38,344 nt of DNA, from the sequence record SRR31156797_9282, one strand, 5' to 3'. Both the position numbers and the translations under genes were made by a program. Every line of letters starts with the position of its first letter. Within the stretch, counting starts at the first letter, position 1. Under the pieces are notes generated by a model, which saw only the letters and a list, made by a program, of their open reading frames with translations, was not told the DNA's origin and did not search any database. Of this stretch, positions 26,792-35,084 are shown piece by piece.

Positions 26792-27187
26792 CTAAGCCTC
26801 GCTCTCGCCGTTCTCAGTGTCATCTTCATCAGAGGATTCTATATCCTTCATGGCTTGCATTTTCGCTTCCTGAGCCGCGGCCTTGATCTGAAAATATTGC
26901 CCCATGCGAACCTTGACGCGAGTCATCCACTTGTCACCGGTATGTTTTCTGAACAAAACGTCCAAACGTTCCAAACGCTCTGCCCACTTGGTGCCGGCAC
27001 CAGCACCCCCCATGTCCACGGGATGTCCCTGCACCGTAATACGATCAATCTTCATATTTCCCAATCGGGCAATAAGACTGTCCGTCAATTCCATCCCCTC
27101 GGCCATTATCGTCATACCGCCTTCCTTAAGGACAGGCTTGGCCAGCTTCATGCCGGGGGCGGCAAGATTAATCGGTATTTTCTGCAT
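26792..27187 (-). CDS. Hypothetical protein with an N-terminal motif resembling that of HD-GYP proteins
   Basis: IPINLAAPGMKLAKPV....GMTIMAEGMELTDSLIARL.NMKIDRITV. It ends 3 nt before the HDOD start. Confidence 0.75.
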   Translation of the reverse strand: MQKIPINLAAPGMKLAKPVLKEGGMTIMAEGMELTDSLIARLGNMKIDRITVQGHPVDMGGAGAGTKWAERLERLDVLFRKHTGDKWMTRVKVRMGQYFQIKAAAQEAKMQAMKDIESSDEDDTENGESEA

Positions 27188-27333
27188 TATTTTCCCAGTT
27201 CAGAAACAAAATTTACACAAAAAAAATCAAGTCGAATAGTGATATTCAAGCCTTATATGTCATATTTTGTCAAAGAAAATAAGGTACCCCATGACCACAA
27301 AAAACACTGTAGCCATCTTCTTGATACTATAGG

Positions 27334-28572
27334 TCATGATTCACGTACGACATACCACATTCCCGGCAATTGCTGAACAGCTCCACGCATTTCCAAAATA
27401 AGTAAAATTTTGCTGATCGTCGCCGAATCAAAACACAATTCCCGGCCAAGTCTGTCTATATGCACCTTATCGGTCGCATCAAGTAGAGCCAACACCTTCC
27501 TTTCATCATCAGTCAATTTCATGGCCTCTCTGTCAGCCTGCGATGGCCGCTTGCGCGATGAAGGAACGGTCGCATCCGTGTCTCCCTTGGTTTTCTTTGG
27601 TGCACGCTTCTTCCTGATTTTAGCTTGGTGAGCCTCAACACCGTCTTCGCTTTCTGCAGGAGCTGGGTCAGGGACTAATTCCAACTCTCGAGCAAAATCA
27701 TATCTTAGAATTTCAACGATATCAGATGCCGATTCCACAAGAGCGGCCCCCTGCTTAATGAGCCGATGACATCCCGTAAAAGTCGGCTGCCCAATAGGAC
27801 CAGGCACGGCAAAAACATCCTTGCCCTGCTCCCCAGCCAAACGAGCCGTAATAAGACTCCCGCTGTTATGAGCTGCTTCGGCGACAAGGACGCCAAGAGA
27901 CAATCCGCTAATAATCCGGTTGCGCACAGGAAAATGACCTCCCTTTGGCCCGACTCCTGGTCCGAACTCCGTCACAACCAAACCACTTTTATCGAGTTCA
28001 CGCCTGACATCGATATTATCCATGGGATAATCGATGTCCAATCCACAACCAAGCACGGCAATGGTACTCCCAATGCCTTTGAGTCCGCCAAGATGGGCCT
28101 GTCGGTCAATGCCAAGCGCAAGCCCGGAAACGACGGTGATACCAATTTTCGACAGCTGCGCACTGATACGCCCAGCGGTTTCCAGCCCAAGCCTCGTACA
28201 TTCTCTGGCCCCGACCACACCAACACTTGGATTATTTAAAAGCGTTGTATCTCCAGACACATAGAGCATGGCCGGAGGATTTGGGATATTCTTCAACCTT
28301 TCGGGGAACCGTGGATCAAACCATGTTACGACATCCATGCCCGCCAGTTGCGTCGCTCGGTATTCATCCTCGGCTTTTTCCCGCCAAACTTCATTCACGC
28401 ACTTTTGAGCAATACCCTTATTGGCAAGAGAATAGACGGGCCACGAAGCGGCATCCTGTACAGCTTCAAAAGCACTCTTATAGTGAGCAAACAACTCACG
28501 CCACACCTTGGGGCCAAGGCGGGGCGTGTGCTTCAATGCCAAACAGGCGAAATGTTCCTTGCGCAGGTCCAT
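27334..28572 (-). CDS. dprA: DNA-processing protein DprA (Smf)
   Basis: P.MLYVSG, VVGARE, VVSGLALGID, FPVRNRIISGLS, VAEAAHNSGSLITA, GCHRLIKQGA and a C-terminal winged helix (LLILEMRGAV). Confidence 0.95.
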   Translation of the reverse strand: MDLRKEHFACLALKHTPRLGPKVWRELFAHYKSAFEAVQDAASWPVYSLANKGIAQKCVNEVWREKAEDEYRATQLAGMDVVTWFDPRFPERLKNIPNPPAMLYVSGDTTLLNNPSVGVVGARECTRLGLETAGRISAQLSKIGITVVSGLALGIDRQAHLGGLKGIGSTIAVLGCGLDIDYPMDNIDVRRELDKSGLVVTEFGPGVGPKGGHFPVRNRIISGLSLGVLVAEAAHNSGSLITARLAGEQGKDVFAVPGPIGQPTFTGCHRLIKQGAALVESASDIVEILRYDFARELELVPDPAPAESEDGVEAHQAKIRKKRAPKKTKGDTDATVPSSRKRPSQADREAMKLTDDERKVLALLDATDKVHIDRLGRELCFDSATISKILLILEMRGAVQQLPGMWYVVRES

Positions 28573-28640
28573 GGAGACAGGTCCCTTGGTACGACAACTA
28601 AATCCGATTCAATCAGCCAACCACATGTTAGACCCAATGG

Positions 28641-29513
28641 TTACCCTCCCAGACGGGAAAGTTCCTTGCGACCAAGCGTGGCCGCAGGAGATTTCGGAAA
28701 GTCCTCCACCAAAGCGCGAAGATAAAAAATAGCGTTATCCAAATCTCCGACCTTATCGTAAGACATACCAATTTTAAGCAAAGCCGAGGCGGATTTATGA
28801 TGCTTCGGGAAACGTCCAGTCACTTCCTTGAACGTCAGGATGGCCTGAGCGTAATTCTTTTGAGAATAATATGTTTCTCCCTTCCAATACAGAGCATTGG
28901 CAGCCAAATCATTACTCGGATATTTGTTGAGAAACTGATCAAACGTCGCTCGGGAGGCATCAAACTGTTCGGCATTATATTGGGACAATCCCGCGTCATA
29001 CAACCCTTTGGCTCCCGACGAACTCTTCACAGGTTTGGACGAAACAGAAGTTTTAGCTACGGATCGTTGAACAACTTCTGGTTCCGGGATAACTGCCGGA
29101 GGTTTGGGGACTTCAGCCCACGGCTTGTCCTCATTGCTCTGAGCCTTGGGTGTCGCAGAAGGCTTTTGTCCGTCAACCCAGCCTTGATCCTCAGGCTTCA
29201 AATCTGTCACCCACCCGCTGTCCGCAGGTGAATCCTGTATGTTTTCAGCAGGAGAATCCATAACACCATCGGCTTTCAGCCCCGCGATTTCTGTCTCAAG
29301 TGAGGCCAACCGCTGATCTATTTTATCTTGAGCCAAAGCATTTTCATCGGCCATACGTCGCTGCTGTTCACGAAGATTTAAAAAGCTCTCTTCAAGACTT
29401 TTGATACGCCATTCTGTACTTGCCGAGACAGTCGCCGCATCTTTCTTGGTGGTCGCGCAACCAACAAGGATCAGGCAAAGCAGAACAAGCAAAACGAGCT
29501 TCAATGTTTTCAT
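28641..29513 (-). CDS. cpoB: Tol-Pal-associated TPR lipoprotein CpoB/YbgF
   Basis: Lipobox LILVGC, a coiled-coil segment, and C-terminal TPRs (LAANALYWKGETYY, ALLKIGMSY, FPKS). Start is taken at ATG 29513 with RBS GGAG. Confidence 0.85.
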   Translation of the reverse strand: MKTLKLVLLVLLCLILVGCATTKKDAATVSASTEWRIKSLEESFLNLREQQRRMADENALAQDKIDQRLASLETEIAGLKADGVMDSPAENIQDSPADSGWVTDLKPEDQGWVDGQKPSATPKAQSNEDKPWAEVPKPPAVIPEPEVVQRSVAKTSVSSKPVKSSSGAKGLYDAGLSQYNAEQFDASRATFDQFLNKYPSNDLAANALYWKGETYYSQKNYAQAILTFKEVTGRFPKHHKSASALLKIGMSYDKVGDLDNAIFYLRALVEDFPKSPAATLGRKELSRLGG

Positions 29514-29711
29514 CAATGGATTCTCCGCATTCTCACAATTGAACGTTCCAATAGGAAATAGGCGATACAAGGAGTTTTTGCAAGGAATCGATGAATCCCG
29601 CACGGAAGTCACCCACAAAATCCAAGCCTTGCATGCCATACGTTTTTCAGGCAGAAAAAGCGCGCACACATATGGTGGGCAATGCACAGAAAATCGGAGT
29701 TCCAATCAATC

Positions 29712-30638
29712 ATGAGTACACAAGAAACCCTGACCATGATCGCATTCCTGCTGGCCCCAGCCTTTTTTAGCCTCCTCGGCATGGGCGCCATTGGCAGTCC
29801 GGCTATCGCCGTTCTCGGTGAGATGTCAGCGAAAACAAAAAAACGTGTCTTTTTCGATAAGTACGGCCAACAAATAGGAGCAATGGGGCTTATCCTGCTC
29901 ATCCTTCTCCTTATTGTCGATGGGGCCGCATACGGTGTGGCCCTGACAAAATTCCCTCAATACATCCACGCCCTGTTCACCATGGAATCCCCTCTGTTGA
30001 ACACATTTGCGGCATTCGCTGTTTTCGCTCTTTTCAGCCTCATTTATTTTACAACCTGGAAAAAGATGCGCAACGCCAAGGGACTCCACATGTCTCTGGG
30101 CATGGTTGCTTCATTGGCAGCACTGACCTGTGTGGCTCTGGCAATTCCTGCCAAAATCGCCTGGACGCTCTCCCATGGTACCCCCACAGAGGAAACCATT
30201 ACCGCAGCCACGGCCATGATTCTCCCCATGTCCGTCATGTACGCCCTGCTAACCATGTCCGCAGCCGCAGCCTTAAGCGCCGCCTATCTGGTACTTCGCC
30301 GCAACAAGGACGACTTCGGCCGTGACTATTACAATTTTTCACTAAAACTGGCCGCCCGATGGGCCACCCTGCCAATGCTTGGATTCCTTGGTTGTCAGGG
30401 ATGGCTTTTCGCGAACCTGCCAGCTTCGTACAAGACACTGGTCATGGGAACGCCACTGGCCTTTGTCTGGAGCGGTTCCATTGCGCTCGGAGCCATCTGT
30501 GCCCTTGTCTGGATTCTCATTGCCCGAAACGAATCACCACTCAGGCTCAAAGGGTTGGCCTTTCTGGCCGTGCTCCTATTCTGGTTAATGCACACTTTAA
30601 ATGTCACAGTAGCCATCAATCTACTGACCATGCTCTAG
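29712..30638 (+). CDS. Uncharacterised multi-pass membrane protein
   Basis: About 8-9 hydrophobic helices. GGAG lies upstream of ATG 29712 and a terminator follows the gene. Confidence 0.8.
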   Translation: MSTQETLTMIAFLLAPAFFSLLGMGAIGSPAIAVLGEMSAKTKKRVFFDKYGQQIGAMGLILLILLLIVDGAAYGVALTKFPQYIHALFTMESPLLNTFAAFAVFALFSLIYFTTWKKMRNAKGLHMSLGMVASLAALTCVALAIPAKIAWTLSHGTPTEETITAATAMILPMSVMYALLTMSAAAALSAAYLVLRRNKDDFGRDYYNFSLKLAARWATLPMLGFLGCQGWLFANLPASYKTLVMGTPLAFVWSGSIALGAICALVWILIARNESPLRLKGLAFLAVLLFWLMHTLNVTVAINLLTML

Positions 30639-30661
30639 ACAACGCATTTTATTTGACGAAT

Positions 30662-30694
30662 AAAGGCCGGGAAGCGAATGCTTCCCGGCCTTTT
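30662..30694. terminator. Bidirectional intrinsic terminator
   Basis: AAAGGCCGGGAAGC-GAAT-GCTTCCCGGCCTTTT between convergent genes. Confidence 0.88.
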
Positions 30695-30716
30695 CAATGC
30701 TTATTAAATAGACGCG

Positions 30717-33668
30717 CTATTTGGAATTGGTCAAAGCCCCGGATACGGTCAACGGCTCCTGCTTACGTCCAAGCTGAGTAGAGATGCTGTATATCTCATG
30801 CGGATCCAGAATCAAAACCACAGACCCGTCGCCCATAATGGTAGCACCGGAAAGTCCCTTCAAGTTAAAGTTGTTGAGATACTGTCCCAACGGCTTGATA
30901 ACGATTTCCTGTCGTTCCAAAAGACGATCCACGACTAATCCAAGCCGCCTGTCGTTGTCCTGAATAACGACCATGGGCAAAACATCCCGGTCATCCATGG
31001 ACTGCGGCAAATCGAGCAATTCAGCCAATTCAACCAGTCCCAAAACTTCACCACGCAACGTAACAGCCTTCCGATTGTTAACATCGGATAACTTTTCCAC
31101 TTCGATTTTGGTAGTTTCGGAGACAGCGTCCAACGGAATCGCAAACGTATCGCCTGCTACCTGAACCATAAGCGCATCGATAATCGCTAAAGTCAGTGGC
31201 AGAGTCAGGGTCAACTTCGTGCCTTTGCCCACTTCAGACTGTGTATGCACACTTCCCTTGAGATTCTTGATGTTCGTCTTGACCACATCCATGCCCACGC
31301 CTCGGCCGGAAATATCCGTCACCTTCTCGGCAGAGGAGAATCCTGGAGCAAAGATAAGATCCAATGCTTCCCGATCATCCATGACATTGGCCTCTTCAGG
31401 AGTGATAACCCCCTTGCGAATAGCGACAGCCTTCAACTTTTCCGGGTCCATGCCACGCCCATCGTCTTCGACCTCAATGGCAACGGAATTGCCCTTGTGA
31501 TATGCACGCAACCAGACATGCCCTTTGGGCTTTTTCCCCAAGCGGATACGCTCTTCTTCATCTTCAAGACCGTGGTCGACAGCGTTACGAACAAGGTGAA
31601 CCAAAGGATCACCGATTTCCTCCACAACGGACTTGTCAAATTCAGTCTCTTCGCCTTCCATGATCAGCTCGACCTGCTTGCCGGACTTGCGACTGAGGTC
31701 ACGCACGAGACGTGGGAAACGGGAAAAAACAGTCTGTACCGGCACCATCCGGACTTTCATGATGGTGTCCTGAAGATCGTCTGAAATTCGAGCCATTGCA
31801 TAGGTTGTCTCGGTCAACTGCTGAGCGACCACATGCACTTCTTCCTGCCCGTCTTCCAAAGCCCGGGCAAGCATGGCATATCTGTTCCTGTTAATAATCA
31901 ACTCGCCAATGACATTCATTAAATGATCTAATTTATGGTGATCAACACGAATTGTACTTGAAGCCTTAGGCCGCACCGGAGGAGGATTGACAGAACCACT
32001 TTTTCTGCCAGCTGGAGCCGAAGCTTTGGCTGCAGGTGCTGGTATTGGAGCAGGCTTGGCAACAGAAACCGGCTTCGATGCAGGAGCCGCCTTCTGCACA
32101 GACGGTTCAGAGGGCGGAGAAGCAATCGGTTCAGGTGCCACGACCGCAACGGGTTCAGGTTCGACTTTCGGAGCAGGCTTCTTGGCTTTGACAGAAGCAG
32201 ATTTGCCCAGGTTCACCGTGGGGTCCTCAACAGGACCTCCGGTCAACATTTCCAAAGCTTTCAAAATCATATCCTTGAGAATAGCAAATTCCTGATCAAG
32301 AATATCCAGCATCAAGGTGAAATCCATATCAGTCTTTCGCCCCTGATCGATCAACCCGACAGTACGGGAAGAATACTCTTTGATCTCATCCAGCCCCATG
32401 TAACCGGTTGAATTTTGGATGGTCTGAAACGTCCTGAACAGCCCATCAACAATGTCCGTCTGACCGGCATCCTTACGAAGTAGCCCAAGAGCAACTGCAG
32501 CCGATTCCAACTGCTGATTAATAGTCTGAACAAACAGGGCCACGTCTTCAGGGTCATAATCTCCTGCTGAAACAGAAGCGTCTTCATCTGCAGAGACTTC
32601 CGCTGCTGCAGGGGCAACGACCTCTTCAGAGACCGGAGCAAGCGCTTCCTCAACCGGAGCCGGAGCAGATTTGGAACCGGGGAAAAGTCCTTGCACGGCG
32701 AAGACATCGCCGTCTTCGGTCACTTTTTGTAGCACTTGTGCCATCACACTGGTATCAAGAGGTTCAACCTTATTGGTTTCAACATCCACTTTACCGACCA
32801 AAGCTTCAATAAGGTCCACGCTTGCCAACAAAAGATCCATTAACCCTTGGCTGGAAGCAATCTCCCCCTTACGGACCTTGTTCAACAGCGTTTCAGCTTC
32901 GTGAGTCAAAGAATTCAATTCCTTGAATCCGATGATTCCACTGTTCCCTTTCAAATTATGAAAATATCTAAATGTGTCATTGATAAGCTCCTCACTACCA
33001 TCGGGTTCACCTTCTAAAGAAAGCAAACATCGATTGAGGTTCTCAACAATTTCATGAGCTTCTTCAAGAAAATCAGCTAAATGACCTTCGCCAACAGTTG
33101 TCAGACCGTAAGGAGTGGCATCAAAGTCAGGGTCCGGCTGGGGATCAAATATTATTTCTGCCACCATTTCAACAGGTTCCTCCGCCACGGTTTCGGGTTC
33201 AATCACAACTTCAGCTTCAATAACAGGTGCACATTCTGGTTCTGTCTCCGACACAACAGTAGCCGCATCCATATCACCAACCAAAGCGGCTTCAATCCGG
33301 GCAATGATAGGAGTTGTGTCAACCTCTCCTTCTACACCGCTAGTCTCCAGATTATCCACCATGGTTCTCAAGGCGTCAGTCGCAGAAAGAATTAAATCCA
33401 TGATCCCACTGGTAACCTTCATGGAGCCTTGACGAAGCTCATCGAGTATATTTTCGGCCTTGTGTGCCAACCCGTTGATCTTGTTTAAACCAAGAAAACC
33501 CGATGCCCCCTTAAGAGAATGCATGGGTCTAAAAATCTCATTCAGCAAACCAAGATTGTCAGGGCTTTTTTCTAGCTCCAACAAATTAGGCTCAATGGTT
33601 TCCAAGTGCTCTTTCGCTTCAACAAAAAAGTCGGTCAAGATCTCCGGATCAAGAAAGTCCTGGCTCAT
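30717..33668 (-). CDS. cheA: Chemotaxis histidine kinase CheA with three Hpt domains
   Basis: Hpt motifs FRPMHSLKG, FRYFHNLKG and FRTFQTIQNS; P3 TIRVD; P4 HLVRNAVDHGLE, DDGRG, PGFSSA, SGRGVGMDVV; P5 LPLTLAI...IVIKPL. RBS GAGG precedes ATG 33668. Confidence 0.96.
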   Translation of the reverse strand: MSQDFLDPEILTDFFVEAKEHLETIEPNLLELEKSPDNLGLLNEIFRPMHSLKGASGFLGLNKINGLAHKAENILDELRQGSMKVTSGIMDLILSATDALRTMVDNLETSGVEGEVDTTPIIARIEAALVGDMDAATVVSETEPECAPVIEAEVVIEPETVAEEPVEMVAEIIFDPQPDPDFDATPYGLTTVGEGHLADFLEEAHEIVENLNRCLLSLEGEPDGSEELINDTFRYFHNLKGNSGIIGFKELNSLTHEAETLLNKVRKGEIASSQGLMDLLLASVDLIEALVGKVDVETNKVEPLDTSVMAQVLQKVTEDGDVFAVQGLFPGSKSAPAPVEEALAPVSEEVVAPAAAEVSADEDASVSAGDYDPEDVALFVQTINQQLESAAVALGLLRKDAGQTDIVDGLFRTFQTIQNSTGYMGLDEIKEYSSRTVGLIDQGRKTDMDFTLMLDILDQEFAILKDMILKALEMLTGGPVEDPTVNLGKSASVKAKKPAPKVEPEPVAVVAPEPIASPPSEPSVQKAAPASKPVSVAKPAPIPAPAAKASAPAGRKSGSVNPPPVRPKASSTIRVDHHKLDHLMNVIGELIINRNRYAMLARALEDGQEEVHVVAQQLTETTYAMARISDDLQDTIMKVRMVPVQTVFSRFPRLVRDLSRKSGKQVELIMEGEETEFDKSVVEEIGDPLVHLVRNAVDHGLEDEEERIRLGKKPKGHVWLRAYHKGNSVAIEVEDDGRGMDPEKLKAVAIRKGVITPEEANVMDDREALDLIFAPGFSSAEKVTDISGRGVGMDVVKTNIKNLKGSVHTQSEVGKGTKLTLTLPLTLAIIDALMVQVAGDTFAIPLDAVSETTKIEVEKLSDVNNRKAVTLRGEVLGLVELAELLDLPQSMDDRDVLPMVVIQDNDRRLGLVVDRLLERQEIVIKPLGQYLNNFNLKGLSGATIMGDGSVVLILDPHEIYSISTQLGRKQEPLTVSGALTNSK

Positions 33669-33768
33669 CGAAATACCTCTAACAGCAAGCTCCCATGTCA
33701 CTCGTACTGGTGAAAAGGTTTATGCCGCCTTGGTTGTGTTTGCGTCACATCGCCATTTGCAAAAAGTC

Positions 33769-34137
33769 CTAGCCCAGCAACATCTTGACATTTCTGACAA
33801 GCTTTTCAGGCTGCGCCGGTTTGACCATGTACAGATTTGCCCCCACGGTCAAGCCAGTCTGAACATCTCTGTCCTGGCCTTCTGTGGAAAGGACAACGAT
33901 GGGGATATCCCGATACGCCGCCTGCTCCCTGACAGTCTTAATAAATGTCAAACCGTCCATCCGGGGCATGTTGACATCCGAAACGATAAGATCAACCTCG
34001 GTCAAACTATACAATTTTTCCAGGCCATCTAATCCATCTTCCGCCGTGGTCACCTTAAAGCCTTCTTTCTTCATAATAAAAGCGACAAGATTCCGTACAG
34101 TCTTAGAATCGTCCACTATCAGAATATGTTTAGACAT
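33769..34137 (-). CDS. cheY: CheY-like single-domain response regulator
   Basis: IVDDS, SDVNMPRMDG, LST and VKP; 122 aa, within the che operon. Confidence 0.88.
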   Translation of the reverse strand: MSKHILIVDDSKTVRNLVAFIMKKEGFKVTTAEDGLDGLEKLYSLTEVDLIVSDVNMPRMDGLTFIKTVREQAAYRDIPIVVLSTEGQDRDVQTGLTVGANLYMVKPAQPEKLVRNVKMLLG

Positions 34138-34199
34138 TACTCCCCCTAAATATCATGGGCACTCCCCAATTACCAATTCCATATACAGACTGATTCATT

Positions 34200-35075
34200 C
34201 TACTCTTCCTTCTTGTAGATAATTGCTCCAGGATAATGAATAGGCTTGAATGCGCGCGAAATATTATGCAACGACTCTGAATGCCCGATAATCAAATAAC
34301 CGCCAGGAAGCAAATTATCATAAAAAGCATTAATAACATGCTTTTTCATTGCATCATCAAAATAAATAATCACGTTTCGACAAAAAACGATCTGTGACCG
34401 TTCAACCCGCCTAAGCTGCATACGATCTTTAAGGTTAATTTGTCCAAAACTAACCAAACGCTTCACTTCAGGACTGATTTTGTTCTGCCCTTCGTCCGAA
34501 TCAAAATATCTGGACACAATTTCTTGCGGAGTGGTTCTCAGTGTATAATCATTATAAACACCTCTGCGAGCCGACTCCAACACCCGCTCCGAAAGATCAT
34601 TTGCCGTAATTCGAATATCCCACGCTCCAATTTCACTCCTCAGAATCTCATGAGCGATCATAGAAATAGTATATGGCTCTTCACCCGTGGAACACCCCGC
34701 CGACCAAATGCGAAGTTTTTTTCCATTTCGACGACATCCGGCAATAACTTCACTCAGTATTTCCTGCTGAAACACTTTTATTTGCGGAGGATTACGATAA
34801 AAGCTTGTCTCGTTGGTCGTTATTACTTCATAGAGCCTCTTGATCTCTGCCGCCCTGCACGCATCAAATCGAAGCAAGTTGTAATATTCATCAAAATTTT
34901 TAAGGTTCAATTTCTTGAGCCTGTTTCCCAATCTGTTTTCAATCAAATACTTTCGATTGTCGGCCACATATATACCACATTCGGCATAAATGTAGTCACG
35001 CAGATTTATGAACTCTTGGTCCGTGATCGAAAGAGCCTTCCCAAGAGAGATTGTTTTGGAAAACAGTGACGACAT
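34200..35075 (-). CDS. cheR: Chemoreceptor methyltransferase CheR
   Basis: TTNETSFYR, IWSAGCSTGEEPYT, FCRNVIIYF and GHSESL. Confidence 0.96.
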   Translation of the reverse strand: MSSLFSKTISLGKALSITDQEFINLRDYIYAECGIYVADNRKYLIENRLGNRLKKLNLKNFDEYYNLLRFDACRAAEIKRLYEVITTNETSFYRNPPQIKVFQQEILSEVIAGCRRNGKKLRIWSAGCSTGEEPYTISMIAHEILRSEIGAWDIRITANDLSERVLESARRGVYNDYTLRTTPQEIVSRYFDSDEGQNKISPEVKRLVSFGQINLKDRMQLRRVERSQIVFCRNVIIYFDDAMKKHVINAFYDNLLPGGYLIIGHSESLHNISRAFKPIHYPGAIIYKKEE

Positions 35076-35084
35076 GAGGTTCCC

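Noticed and set aside
27260..27274. TGTCA direct repeat resembling a Pho box
   Set aside because: The period is 10 rather than 11 bp, there are only two short units in AT-rich DNA, and it cannot be told from chance.
29514..29705. 64-aa N-terminal extension of cpoB in the ORF track (similar extensions in rluA, EamA, FabX-like, cheA)
   Set aside because: Downstream starts fit the RBS, lipobox or domain boundaries better, and the extensions overlap promoter regions or neighbouring genes.
31980..32200. Low-complexity, repeat-like DNA inside cheA
   Set aside because: It encodes the ordinary Pro/Ala/Lys linker and is not a tandem DNA array.
33669..33768. Possible sigma54 promoter between cheY and cheA (also TGGCA near 29634-29638, minus strand)
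   Set aside because: The GG-N10-GC spacing is not satisfied in either place.
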